A stretch of 63,504 bases of DNA, counting the filler. It is 9 parts of 9 records of this genome, joined end to end, with 100 filler letters (N's around TTAATTAATTAA, not from the genome) between each part and the next. Parts side by side here need not be neighbours in the genome. Positions count along the whole stretch, not along the records: positions 45,045 to 54,109 come from SRR20825010_5402; positions 54,210 to 58,756 come from SRR20825010_5421; 7 more parts are not named here. One strand, written 5' to 3'. This document shows positions 48,419 through 58,856 of the stretch, piece after piece. Under the pieces are notes generated by a model. The model ran no database searches. It was not told the origin of the DNA and worked only from the letters and a program-made list of their open reading frames with translations. The translations under genes and the position numbers were made by a program. Position 1 is the stretch's first letter. Every line of letters begins with the position of its first letter.

Positions 48419-49440
48419 TTTTGAACACACAATACCCGCTTGTGCAGGCACCCATGGCGGGTGTGCAAACCAGCGCGCTGTGCATTGCCGTCAGCAATGC
48501 CGGTGGGCTGGGTTCCCTACCCTGCGCCATGCTGACCCGGGATCAACTTCGGCTTGAACTACAAGCCATTGAAGCCGGCACCAGCAAACCCTACAACGTT
48601 AACTTCTTTGCACACACACCACCGGAAATAGATACGGCGCGCAACCAGACCTGGAAAAACGCACTCGCGCCCTATTACCGCGAATTCGGTTTGAATATTG
48701 ATGAATTTCCAAGCGGCCAGGGGCGCACTCCATTCAATGCGGAATCAGCCGAGCTGCTTGAAGAATTCAAACCACCTTTTGTCAGTTTTCATTTTGGTTT
48801 GCCAAAACCCGACTTGTTGCAACGCGTGAAAGCAATGGGTGCAAAAATTATTTCGTCGGCCACCACGGTAGATGAAGCGATATGGCTTGAGGCGCATGGC
48901 TGCGATTTCATTATTGCGCAAGGGCTGGAAGCGGGCGGCCACCGCGGGCATTTTCTGAACCATGATTTGGCCTTGCAAATGGGCACATTCGCCCTGCTGC
49001 CCCAAGTGGTTAAGGCTGTGAACTTACCCGTGATTGCTGCAGGCGGCATTGCCGATGCGCAAGGCGTAGCTGCTGCCATGGCATTGGGTGCCAGTGCAGT
49101 ACAGGTGGGCACGGCCTACATGCTGGCCAATGAATGCAGCACCAGTGCCATTCATCGCCGTGCGTTGAAAAGTGACGCAGCACGGCACACCGCGCTGACC
49201 AACCTGTTCAGTGGCAGGCCTGCGCGCGGCATTGTGAACCGCATCATGCAGGAATTGGGCGCGATCTCTGAATTCCCGCCCGAGTTTCCCCTGGCCACCC
49301 CGGGCATAACGCCCTTGCGTGCCAAGGCCGAGGCACAAGGTTCGGGCGATTTTTCGCCCTTGTGGGCAGGCCAAAACGCCAGCACCTGTGTTGAGGCGTC
49401 CGCCGCTGACATTACCCGCAACCTGTCGCAGGGTTTCTAA
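48415..49440 (+). CDS. Nitronate monooxygenase family flavoprotein
   Basis: PLVQAPMAG, AGGLGS, VSFHFG, QGLEAGGHRG, IAAGGI, T..FSGRPARG, LWAGQ. Confidence 0.92.
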   Translation: MILNTQYPLVQAPMAGVQTSALCIAVSNAGGLGSLPCAMLTRDQLRLELQAIEAGTSKPYNVNFFAHTPPEIDTARNQTWKNALAPYYREFGLNIDEFPSGQGRTPFNAESAELLEEFKPPFVSFHFGLPKPDLLQRVKAMGAKIISSATTVDEAIWLEAHGCDFIIAQGLEAGGHRGHFLNHDLALQMGTFALLPQVVKAVNLPVIAAGGIADAQGVAAAMALGASAVQVGTAYMLANECSTSAIHRRALKSDAARHTALTNLFSGRPARGIVNRIMQELGAISEFPPEFPLATPGITPLRAKAEAQGSGDFSPLWAGQNASTCVEASAADITRNLSQGF

Positions 49441-49511
49441 AAGCAGCACACCCTGAATCCAGCACAGCCTGCTGGAAGTAGAAGTGTTATATACATAACA
49501 CTGCACGAGAC

Positions 49512-50153
49512 ATGCAAATCCCGGGAAATTCTTTGTCACACCGCTTTTTCGCGGCTGTGTTGTTTGCCATTGGCCTTGCGATCGGCCTGTCGTATACAGC
49601 TGAAGAATCCAAAAACACCTTGGAACCAGTTGACGCGGGCTTTACACGCAGCATGTTACTGCACCACGCACAGGCCATTCAAATGGCCATGCTCATGCGC
49701 ACCAACACATCAGCAGAAATTCAAGCCCTTGCCCAGTCAATCGTCATGAAACAAACCCATGAAATGGGTTTGATGGCGGGTTGGCTTACCGCATGGGATT
49801 CACCAGTGATGGTGGATGGGCCGCCCATGCGTTGGGTAGAAGAGGCAACACACGTAAAGCACCTTGACGATCAATTGTTTCAGGCCCGCTGCAAGGCTGA
49901 AGGCGGTGCCATGGCTGGCGCAGCCACACCCCAACAATTGGAACAGCTTCGACAATCAAGTGGTCGAGCACAAGAAAAACTATTTCTTGAATTGATGATT
50001 GCACACCACCAGGCGGCCCTGTCCATGGCCTGGTTTACACAACGCAATGGCCATTCAAACCTGGTGAAAGGCTTGGCGATCAGCATGATCCGCGAGCAAG
50101 GCACTGAAATTGGCTGGATGCACATGAAATTAAAACAACTCGACAATTCCTGA
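49512..50153 (+). CDS. DUF305 (ferritin-like) domain protein
   Basis: Duplicated M..HH.QAIQM / MIAHHQAALSM and Q..E...M motifs; N-terminal hydrophobic segment. Confidence 0.85.
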   Translation: MQIPGNSLSHRFFAAVLFAIGLAIGLSYTAEESKNTLEPVDAGFTRSMLLHHAQAIQMAMLMRTNTSAEIQALAQSIVMKQTHEMGLMAGWLTAWDSPVMVDGPPMRWVEEATHVKHLDDQLFQARCKAEGGAMAGAATPQQLEQLRQSSGRAQEKLFLELMIAHHQAALSMAWFTQRNGHSNLVKGLAISMIREQGTEIGWMHMKLKQLDNS

Positions 50154-50172
50154 ATCGGAGACATTCCCAATC

Positions 50173-51642
50173 ATGTTGAACAAACCCATCTGCGTTTCCC
50201 TGTCGGCCTTGCTGTTGCCCACCTTGATCGCGGGCTGCCTTGGCGGATCTGAATCGGCCAGCGGCCCAAACACCAGCACCCGAACCACATCAAGCCAGGC
50301 GGTGGATGGCGTGAACATTTCAGCAACGCCACAGGGGCGATGTGGCCCCGGGTCCCGCCAGGAAACCAGCATGCAAGGCCGTGTGTCGCAGGCCGACCAT
50401 GACGCTGGGCTGGCTGCTGTGGGCTTTACCTGCAACACCGAACTTGTGGGTTCGTTCTCGCCAGAAACGGTGATCGGTACGGTGGGTGGCTTCAAGGTTG
50501 AACGCTACCGCGACAAGGCAGGCCGCGATTGCGCCTACTACGACAGCACCCTGCTGTACCCCACCAACATTCTGGACCGCGAAGCTGGCGTGAATGTGTT
50601 CGATATGAGCGACCCCACCCAGCCTGTGCGCACAGCCCGGTTGCTGACACCCGCCATGTTGTCTCCGCATGAATCGCTGGTGCTGAGCCAGGAAGGCGGT
50701 GTACTGGCCGCCGTGTTGGGCAATCCGGCTTTCGGTCCGGGTGTTGTAGACATTTACGACGTGTCTGAGGACTGCCGTACACCGGTGTTGAAATCGTCGA
50801 CACCACTGGGGGTATTTGGGCATGAAAGCGGCTTGTCGCCCGATGGAAAAACGTTCTATTCAGCATCGCCATCTACCTCCACCCTGGTGGCGCTGGACAT
50901 TTCCAACCCCAGCATTCCACGCCCTTTGTGGAGCGGTCAGTATTCATCGCACGGCCTGTCGATCAGCGCCGATGGCAACCGTGCCTACGTGGCCAGCCTG
51001 GGCGACCCTTCGGGCATGATAGTGCTGGATGTTTCTGAAATTCAGGCCCGCAAAGCCGATCCGCAAGTGCGCGAAATTTCTACCGTATCCTGGGACACGG
51101 TCAGCATTCCGCAAAACGCGATTCCGGTGACCATCAAAGGCAAACCCTATGTGATCGAAGTGGACGAATACGCCACAGGTGGCGGCGGGTTGATTGTGTC
51201 TGCAAACGGCCCGCTGGTGGGTGCTGCACGCGTTATCGATATTTCGGATGAATCAAAACCTGCTGTTGTTTCAAACCTGCGCCTGGCAGTGCACAACCTG
51301 GCCAACCGTGAAGAAATTGCCAACGACCCCGGCGCACAAAATGCAACCGGCGGTTACGCTGGGCATTATTGCAACGTGCCCACACGCGTGGACCCGACCA
51401 TTGTGGCTTGCAGCATGATTTTGTCGGGCTTGCGAATTTTCGACATACGCAACCCCGAACGCCCCGTGGAAGTGGCCTACTTCAATGCCCCAGTCAAAGA
51501 CCGCATGCTGACGCAACCCGCACCAGCCAGCAACTGGGCCATGTCCAGCCCCGCTTTCGTACCCGAACGCAAGGAAATTTGGTACACCGATGGTTACCAG
51601 GGTTTCTTCGTTGTCAAAGTCACCAACAACGCATGGAAATGA
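50173..51642 (+). CDS. LVIVD-repeat beta-propeller lipoprotein
   Basis: IAGC lipobox; repeated V.ALDISNP / IVLDVS / VIDISD / LRIFDIRNP blades. Confidence 0.75.
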   Translation: MLNKPICVSLSALLLPTLIAGCLGGSESASGPNTSTRTTSSQAVDGVNISATPQGRCGPGSRQETSMQGRVSQADHDAGLAAVGFTCNTELVGSFSPETVIGTVGGFKVERYRDKAGRDCAYYDSTLLYPTNILDREAGVNVFDMSDPTQPVRTARLLTPAMLSPHESLVLSQEGGVLAAVLGNPAFGPGVVDIYDVSEDCRTPVLKSSTPLGVFGHESGLSPDGKTFYSASPSTSTLVALDISNPSIPRPLWSGQYSSHGLSISADGNRAYVASLGDPSGMIVLDVSEIQARKADPQVREISTVSWDTVSIPQNAIPVTIKGKPYVIEVDEYATGGGGLIVSANGPLVGAARVIDISDESKPAVVSNLRLAVHNLANREEIANDPGAQNATGGYAGHYCNVPTRVDPTIVACSMILSGLRIFDIRNPERPVEVAYFNAPVKDRMLTQPAPASNWAMSSPAFVPERKEIWYTDGYQGFFVVKVTNNAWK

Positions 51643-52421
51643 GAATGAATTTTCAGTACCTGAATCTTGAAGTGGCCCACCAAGTGGCCACAGTGACCAT
51701 TAACCGCCCCGACAAAGGCAACGCCCTTGCACCCGATGTACTGGACGAAGTAACCCACATGTTCAATGCACTGGGTGCGCGGCAAGACGTGAACGTGATC
51801 GTGTTCACAGGTGGCGAACGCTACTTCTCGGCCGGTTTCGATTTGAATGAAATCCGCAAACTTGAGAAAGTAAACAACGAAGCCTACACCGCCCTGTTTC
51901 ACCGCGCATACCGCGCCATTCTGTTTTGCGAACAACCCGTGATTTGCGCTGTGGGCGGTGCTGCCATTGCAGGTGGATTTGACTTGACCATGATGTGCGA
52001 CATTCGCTATGCCTCCACACGTGCCAAGTTTGGTCAACGTGAAATTGTGCTGTCGCTTACCCCCATCATGGACCCGCTGTGGCGCATCATCGGCATGGGC
52101 CGCGCCAAGGAAGTAGCATTGACTGGGCGCATTTACGATGCAGCGGAAGCCGAGCGCATGGGTTATGTCAGCAAAGTGTTTCCGGAAGGCGAACTGCTGT
52201 CATCGGTTGCGCAAATTGCGCGCGACATGGCCCAGTACGACCGGGCGTGCCTGGCGGAAACCAAGCGCCTTTCCAACGTGGTGCTGAATCAGGACCTTGA
52301 TATGTCAATGCGCACACAGGAATGGCTGTTCAGAAGCTACATTGGTTCAGAGGACAACCACCAGCGCATTGATGCACTGCAGGCGCAATTGGCAGCGGCG
52401 CGGAAAAAGAAAGACCAGTAA
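51639..52421 (+). CDS. Enoyl-CoA hydratase/isomerase family protein
   Basis: VTINRP.KGNAL, FSAGFDL, PVICAVGGAAIAGGFDL..MCDIR, FGQRE; ATGA overlap with the LVIVD gene. Confidence 0.9.
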   Translation: MRMNFQYLNLEVAHQVATVTINRPDKGNALAPDVLDEVTHMFNALGARQDVNVIVFTGGERYFSAGFDLNEIRKLEKVNNEAYTALFHRAYRAILFCEQPVICAVGGAAIAGGFDLTMMCDIRYASTRAKFGQREIVLSLTPIMDPLWRIIGMGRAKEVALTGRIYDAAEAERMGYVSKVFPEGELLSSVAQIARDMAQYDRACLAETKRLSNVVLNQDLDMSMRTQEWLFRSYIGSEDNHQRIDALQAQLAAARKKKDQ

Positions 52422-52520
52422 ATTACTGCTTGTATAATTATCGGTTTGATGTGACCCTGAATTAGTTAGGGCTTGTTTCTATTCATAAAAATCAAGGTCA
52501 ACAAGACCGGAGAAAGAGAC

Positions 52521-52736
52521 ATGAAATCAAAAAGACTGATGTTGATTGTTGGTGCAGTGGGCATTGTTGTTACTTCGGCTGCCTATGCGTTTATTGGGGA
52601 CGGGCACGTACCGGTCGATTTTTTTGTGGGTCACACTCACGATGAAAATGGGCATGCAGTAGATGCGCCTGAGCACAGTGGTGGCTTGGATCGAAAGGGC
52701 TGTCACAACAAGTCAGTACCTTATCACTGCCATTAA
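52521..52736 (+). CDS. Small secreted His/Cys-rich protein (YHYH-like)
   Basis: Signal peptide (AYA), HTH..GH and HSGGLD..GCH....YHCH C-terminus; GGAG RBS. Confidence 0.75.
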   Translation: MKSKRLMLIVGAVGIVVTSAAYAFIGDGHVPVDFFVGHTHDENGHAVDAPEHSGGLDRKGCHNKSVPYHCH

Positions 52737-52752
52737 AAACACTTAAAAACCG

Positions 52753-52782
52753 AAAGGCCAGGCCACAAGCCCGGCCTTTTTT
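52753..52782. terminator. Intrinsic terminator, probably bidirectional
   Basis: AAAGGCCAGGC-cacaa-GCCCGGCCTTT stem with a T6 tail, between convergent genes. Confidence 0.75.
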
Positions 52783-52799
52783 AATGGCCACTTTTTCGG

Positions 52800-53617
52800 T
52801 CAACAATACCGCGCATACTCCACTGGATCGTGCGCGCAAAACAGCTCCACCTCATTGCCATTTTTCTTCACCAATTCCCTTAAACGCACCTGCGTGGCTT
52901 TTCGTTCAGCAGGCAAGGTTTTTGTACAAGTTTCTCGAAAAATGCCAAGCCAGCCGGCATGGGCTCATCGTGTTTCAATGCCACTTCGCTGCGATGAAAA
53001 TAAGCATCGCCACAGTGCAACAACCACTTGCTGCCCTGCTTCACTGCCACGCCCACATGGCCACGCGTGTGCCCAATCAAGGGCACCATCAACAGGTCAA
53101 CACCTGCAACAGGACGAATGGCTTGAAAGCCATACCAAGCCTCCACAGTTTCTGAATGGATTGTCCACTTGGGGCCATGCTCGAACTGGGCTTTTCTGAA
53201 CCGAAGTGAGTCGCGCAAACTGGGCTTGATTGCGTGGCGGTGCTCCGCTTCAAACACATGAACGGCAGCTTCGGGGAAATCGCTCAAACCACCTGCATGG
53301 TCCAAATCAAGATGCGTGGGCACAATGTGCTTTACATCGCGGGCCTTGAACCCAAGCCCCTGGATCTGTTCAAGCGCGGTTTCGCTCATGTTCAGGGCGG
53401 GTGCCATCATGGCAACAAACCCCGCACCCAAACGTCTTTTGGGTTCGTGAACATCAGCCGTGCCAACACCTGTGTCTACAAGAATCAAACCCTGTTGGCT
53501 TTCAACCAGCAGGCAGTGACACACCATGTTAGCCCGTTCAAAAAAACCACCGTTGCCGTTGATCAAGCGCTTGCACGCCGGGCACATGGTGCCGCAATTG
53601 AGGTGGTGAATTTTCAT
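52800..53617 (-). pseudogene. MBL-fold metallo-hydrolase with a frameshift (true pseudogene or sequencing error)
   Basis: THLDLDHAGG, GHTRGH, GDAY in frame; the last His motif FCAHDPVE lies in a shifted frame after an A5 run (52919-23). Confidence 0.75.
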
Positions 53618-53686
53618 AAAAACCCAAGTTGATTAAGAACAGGAACTGATACTGCACGGGAGTGGCTTACAGATTCAAGCAGGCAT

Positions 53687-54109
53687 TCAATTGGCCAGCT
53701 CCTGCACCAGCAACTCCGCCAGGTAATCGCAAGGCGGGCGTCTTGATTTGGCACTTCGAGACAACACCACCTCAACAGGCTGAAGGGAAGGAAGCCCCTC
53801 TGCTGCCCCAAGCTGAATTAAATGCGATGGCATGCCGCATTTGGCCAGTGGTGCAATTGCAAGACCGGCATCGACCATGCTGACCAAGCCCTGCACTGCG
53901 GGGCTTTCATACGACATGCGGTAAGGAATTTTGGCCTGCTGCAAAGCCTTAAATGCGTGCGCGCGTGCGGTGCTGCCCTGCCCAAATACGGCAATGGGCA
54001 AAGGGCGTTCTTTCCAGATCATTTTGTTGCTGGATGAGCCCGCCCACACCAATGGTTCCATGCGGATCAACTGACCGGGGCAACCCTTTGTACGGGTAAT
54101 GCAGGCCAA
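53687..54109 (-). CDS. LysR-family regulator, substrate-binding domain (5' truncated)
   Basis: EPLVW, PLPIA.F, A..AL......YR..YES, V.AGLAIA.L, GLPSL. Confidence 0.85.
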   Translation of the reverse strand: MACITRTKGCPGQLIRMEPLVWAGSSSNKMIWKERPLPIAVFGQGSTARAHAFKALQQAKIPYRMSYESPAVQGLVSMVDAGLAIAPLAKCGMPSHLIQLGAAEGLPSLQPVEVVLSRSAKSRRPPCDYLAELLVQELAN

Positions 54110-54209
54110 NNNNNNNNNNNNNNNNNNNNNNNNNNNNNNNNNNNNNNNNNNNNTTAATTAATTAANNNNNNNNNNNNNNNNNNNNNNNNNNNNNNNNNNN
54201 NNNNNNNNN
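54110..54209. other. Artificial contig linker
   Basis: N44-TTAATTAATTAA-N44. Confidence 0.99.
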
Positions 54210-55558
54210 AACGGGTTCTGGAACACCATCTGGATGGAGCTGATGGTGCCGGTATCCCGGTCGCCGATATCCGTGCTTCCGATCTCGATATTGCCGAGGG
54301 TGACGGTGCCTTCCGTCGCGGTCTCAAGGCCAAGCAGAATCTTGGCGAGCGTGGATTTTCCGCACCCGGATTCGCCAACGATCGCCACGGTTTCCGCTTC
54401 GCGGGCCGAGAAGGTGATTTCCTCGTTCGCCTTCACCACACGGGTCTCGCCACCGCCGAACATCTGGTTTGCGGCAACCTCGTAATATTTCTTCAGGCCG
54501 GTGACGGTCAGAATGGTCTCGCCGGGCTCCGTCGCCTCGACGACGCCATCATGCTTGACCGGGGCGTCCCAATCGATCTCGGCTACGCGTTCGCAGCGTG
54601 AATAATGTTCTCCGTCCAGACCGGTATCCCGCATGTGGATCTCACCGGTATCGCACCTGCCTGCTTCGAAGTAGGAGCAGCGCGGTCCGAAATTGCATCC
54701 TTTGGGCCGTTCATGGGGCAGTGGCAACTGGCCCGGAATGGCAACGAGCGGCTGGGCGTATTTATCTGCGCCGGGAAGCGGGATCGAGCGGAACAGTCCC
54801 TGGGTATAGGGATGCCGCATCCGGTCGAACACGCCCTTGACGGAGCCGGTTTCGACCGCCTCGCCGGAATACATCACCGTGATCCGGTCGCAGGTTTCGA
54901 GGATGAGGCCAAGATTATGGGAGATGAACAGCATGGACGTGCCGAACCGGCTGCCGAGTTCCTTCACCATCTCGACGATGCCGGCTTCAACCGTGACGTC
55001 GAGTGCGGTCGTCGGCTCGTCCATCAGCAACAGGGCCGGCTTTGACAGCAGCGCCATGGCAATGACGATGCGTTGCTGCTGGCCGCCGGAAAGTTGATGC
55101 GGATATGAATCCATCATCCGCTCTGGATCGGGCAGGCGCACGGCCTGCATCATTTCCAGAGCGCGGTCATAGGCTTCGTCTACCGTGGTGCCCTCATGCA
55201 GTATCGGCACTTCCATGAGCTGCTTGCCGACCCGCATGGCGGGATTCAGGCTGGCCATCGGTTCCTGATAGACCATGGCGATCTCGGAGCCGCGAATTTT
55301 CCGCAGCTCTTTCTCGCTCATGGTGGTCAACTCGCGGCCCTTGAACTTGATGGAGCCTGCGGTGATTTTCCCCCGGTTGGAGAGATCCCGCATGACGCCG
55401 AGGGCGACCGTGGACTTGCCGCAGCCGGACTCGCCGACCAGGCCCATGGCCTCGCCCGGCATGACCTTGCAGGAGAAATCCATCACGGCCGGGATTTCAC
55501 CGGCGCGGACAAAGAAGGAGATCGAAAGGTTTTTGATCTCGAGGATTGGTTCTGTCAT
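54210..55558 (-). CDS. Peptide/nickel ABC transporter, fused double ATPase (3' truncated)
   Basis: GESGCGKST twice, LSGGQQQR, DEPTTALD, HPYT, GCNFGPRC. Confidence 0.93.
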
Positions 55559-55571
55559 GTCCGTGCCTCCC

Positions 55572-56726
55572 TCAGTCTTTCAGTGACTGCTCGCGCAGTC
55601 CGTCGGCCAGCAGGTTCAGTCCGAGGACGAAAATTGCCAGCGCAAGGGTTGGAGGCAGGGCGATGGTGGGCACGATCCGGATGAAGGCCCGGGTCTGGTT
55701 GATCATCGATCCCCAGTCAGGGCTTTCGGGTGCCAAGCCGAGACCGAAGAAGCCGAGGGTGCCGAGCAGGATCGTCGTGTAGCCGATGCGCAGGCAGGCA
55801 TCGACGATCAGCGGGCCGCGTGCATTCGGCAGGATCTCCCAGAGCATGATGTACCAGGCATTCTCGCCCCGTGTCTGGGCGGCTGCCACATAATCCCGGG
55901 TCTTGATGTCCATGGTGATGCCGCGGACGATACGGAACACCGTCGGTGCGTTCACGAAGACGACCGAGGCGAAGATGTTCAGCTCGTTCGGCTCAAGCGT
56001 GATGATGCTCAGCGGGTCGGCATTGAAGACCAGTCCGGAATAGAGCCAGCCGCCGATCAGAAGCACGCAGATGAGTTGGACCGTCAGCAAGCCGGGGCGA
56101 GTGGCATACCGGCTGTAGAACAGCACGCTGAAGAATATGATCGGGAAGATGAAGAAGAACCCGGCCATGGCTACGGGGATGGGGGTTTCCCGAATACCCG
56201 GTGTGACAAGCAGGTAGAACAGCAGGATCACCGGGAAAGCCAGCACCAGATTGGCGAGGAACGACATGATCGCATCGATCTTGCCGCCGTAATAGCCGGC
56301 GGGAAGGCCAATGGTGATGCCGACGATGAAGGCAAACAGCGTTGCCGCGGGCGCTATGATAAGCACGAAGCGGGAGCCGTGGACCATGCGGCTGAACAGG
56401 TCGCGTCCGAGATTGTCTGCCCCGAAGAGAAGGGCCTTGCCTGTCTCCGCATCGATCACGCCGGGAGCCTTGCGTTTCAGCATGGCGAACTGCTCAAGCG
56501 GATCGAAGACCGCGACCCAGTCGGCGAAAATGGCCGTCAGGATCCAGAACAGCACGATCACAAGTCCGACCATGCCGATGGTGCTGCCGAACAGGCGGCC
56601 GTAAAGATTGAGGTTGTGGCGGAAGTAGTAGCTGACGGAGAGGATGACCGCGAGAGACAGCCAGACCGGCCAGAACTGGCTGATCACTGTCCCCCAGATT
56701 TCGAAGAATCCGATATATTCCAGCAT
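55572..56726 (-). CDS. Peptide ABC transporter permease (DppC-like)
   Basis: GADNLGRDLFSR, YVAAA..RGE, EILPN, FFGLG..PESPDWG, NLLADGLRE. Confidence 0.92.
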   Translation of the reverse strand: MLEYIGFFEIWGTVISQFWPVWLSLAVILSVSYYFRHNLNLYGRLFGSTIGMVGLVIVLFWILTAIFADWVAVFDPLEQFAMLKRKAPGVIDAETGKALLFGADNLGRDLFSRMVHGSRFVLIIAPAATLFAFIVGITIGLPAGYYGGKIDAIMSFLANLVLAFPVILLFYLLVTPGIRETPIPVAMAGFFFIFPIIFFSVLFYSRYATRPGLLTVQLICVLLIGGWLYSGLVFNADPLSIITLEPNELNIFASVVFVNAPTVFRIVRGITMDIKTRDYVAAAQTRGENAWYIMLWEILPNARGPLIVDACLRIGYTTILLGTLGFFGLGLAPESPDWGSMINQTRAFIRIVPTIALPPTLALAIFVLGLNLLADGLREQSLKD

Positions 56727-56742
56727 TGCCTTATCTCCCCCC

Positions 56743-57678
56743 TCAATTCACGCGAATGCGCGGGTTGAGATAGGCGTACCCGATATCTGAAATGAGCTGC
56801 GTGAGCAGCACGACGACGACCGACACCAGTGAACAGCTGAGCAGCAAGTCGATGTCGTTATTGTCGGCAGCTTCCACCAGGGTCCACCCGAAGCCTTTGT
56901 AGTTGAATAGCTTTTCAACGATGACCACACCGGTCAGGAGCCAGGGAAACTGGAGCATGATGACGGTGAAGGGGGCAATCAGCGCATTCCTGAGCGCGTG
57001 GCGCAGGACCTGGGCGCGGAAGGACAGCCCCTTGAGGCGCGCCGTGCGGATATATTGCGCCGTCATCACCTCGGCCATTGAGGCGCGGGTCATGCGGGCG
57101 ATATATCCGGTGCCGTAGATCGCCATGGTCATGACGGGCAGCGCGAAATTGTTGAAGTCGATGCCGCCCGCTTTCGAGACGCCTTTCAGGACGCCGAGCC
57201 AGGAGGCGAACAGAACGGTAAAGAGGATGCCGGAAACATATTCGGGTGTCGCCGTCGAGGCGATGGCCACGACCGAGAGGCTCCGGTCTGTTTTCGATCC
57301 CTCTCTCATCCCTGCCAGCACACCGATGATAAGGGCCGATGGCACCATGGTGATCATGACCCAGAACATCAGGGTTCCGGTATATCCGATACGGGGGGCG
57401 AGAACCTCTGCGACCGGTTTGCGGAAGCGGGTGGAGTTGCCGAAATCGCCTGTCGCCGCATTACCTATCCACACGGCATAGCGCTCCAGGATGGGCTTTC
57501 GATAACCTTCCTTCAGCAGCCAGCTTTCAACCGCTTCTTCGGTCATGCGGTTATTGTTCTGTTCAAGCGCGAGCTTCTTCAGATTGGGCTCGAGATTGAC
57601 CAGATAGAATACGACGAACGTCAGGCAGACCATGGTCGCGACCATGACGCCGAGCCGTCTCAGGATAAATAACAGCAT
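56743..57678 (-). CDS. Peptide ABC transporter permease (DppB-like)
   Basis: FILRRL, GDFG.S, RMTRASM.EV...YIRTARLKG, HALRNAL, LNPRIR. Confidence 0.93.
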   Translation of the reverse strand: MLLFILRRLGVMVATMVCLTFVVFYLVNLEPNLKKLALEQNNNRMTEEAVESWLLKEGYRKPILERYAVWIGNAATGDFGNSTRFRKPVAEVLAPRIGYTGTLMFWVMITMVPSALIIGVLAGMREGSKTDRSLSVVAIASTATPEYVSGILFTVLFASWLGVLKGVSKAGGIDFNNFALPVMTMAIYGTGYIARMTRASMAEVMTAQYIRTARLKGLSFRAQVLRHALRNALIAPFTVIMLQFPWLLTGVVIVEKLFNYKGFGWTLVEAADNNDIDLLLSCSLVSVVVVLLTQLISDIGYAYLNPRIRVN

Positions 57679-57743
57679 ATTGTCCCCGCGTGCCCCGTTT
57701 CGGGCGGGCGTTTTTTTGCCCTTATTCTCCCTTGCCGGGAGTT

Positions 57744-57775
57744 AAAAGCCCGCCCCGATTAGACCGGGGCGGGCT
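57744..57775 (-). terminator. Stem-loop after the SBP gene (attenuator/stabiliser)
   Basis: AGCCCGCCCCG / CGGGGCGGGCT 11-bp stem followed by TTTT on the minus strand. Confidence 0.7.
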
Positions 57776-57788
57776 CGTTCATGTCGGA

Positions 57789-58756
57789 TCAGCCTTCGTC
57801 GAGCCAGACTTTTTCGAAATGCATTTCGAAAGTCGGGTGCATGGCATCGCCCTGCACGGACTCGGCCATGTGCTTGTAGAGCGAGCGCCAGTACGGCTGG
57901 ATGATGATGCCGGAGCTCTGCAGGATCTCTTCCAGGTCCTTCATCACTTCACGGCGCTTGTCCGTATCGGCGATGGCAAGAGCCTCGTCGAGTTTCTTGT
58001 CGAAATCCGGGTTGGACCAGCCTGCTTCGTTCCAGGCTTCGCCGGACCGGTAGCCCAGCGCCAGAACCTGCACGCCGAGGGGGCGCATGTTCCAGTTGGT
58101 GGTCGAGAACGGATATTTCGTCCAGTTGTTCCAGAAGGAGGACGAGGGAATGATGGTCCGCTTGACCTTGATACCGGCATCGCGGATCTGGGCGGCGATG
58201 GCATCGGTGGTGTTTTTCCGCCAGTCATCGTCGATGGAGATCAGCTCATGCTCGAAATCGGACTGGCCGGCATCGGCGAGGAGCTTCTTGGCTGCTTCCG
58301 GGTCGCGCTTGATTTCCGGCAGCTTGTAATATTCCGGGTGCATCGGGCCGACATGGTGGTTTTCGGCCACGCTGCCGGATCCGCCATACCCGATTTGCAG
58401 GACGACGTTGTTATCGACGGCGAGCTGCAGGGCGTTCCGCACGCGGACATCGTCATACGGCTTGTTGGCAACGTTCATGCGGGCAACGATGGTTGCCGCG
58501 GTGATCGCTTCCGACTTCTTCAGGTCGAGGCTGTCGAGAATTTCGACGAAGTCAGCCGTGGTCTGATAATTGACATGGACGTCGCCTGCTTCGAAAGCAG
58601 CAACCTCGGCGGCCGGATCGGTGCCGTAATCGGTCCATTCGATGGCGTCGAGAAAGGCTTCCCCGCCCCACCATTTGCCGTCCTTGCGCCGCACGCAACG
58701 GGCGGAAACGCCGACTTCCAGGCTGTCGAGTTCGAACGGGCCGGTGCCGATCGGGT
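57789..58756 (-). CDS. Peptide ABC transporter substrate-binding protein, family 5 (5' truncated)
   Basis: PIGTGPF at the contig edge, PYDDVRVRNALQLAVD, DPEAAKKLLADAG, WNEAGWSNP.FD. Confidence 0.9.
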
Positions 58757-58856
58757 NNNNNNNNNNNNNNNNNNNNNNNNNNNNNNNNNNNNNNNNNNNN
58801 TTAATTAATTAANNNNNNNNNNNNNNNNNNNNNNNNNNNNNNNNNNNNNNNNNNNN
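58757..58856. other. Artificial contig linker
   Basis: N44-TTAATTAATTAA-N44. Confidence 0.99.

Noticed and set aside
52800-53617. MBL-fold gene as an antibiotic-resistance beta-lactamase
   Set aside because: No signal peptide, and the motif pattern fits general cytoplasmic hydrolases/lactonases
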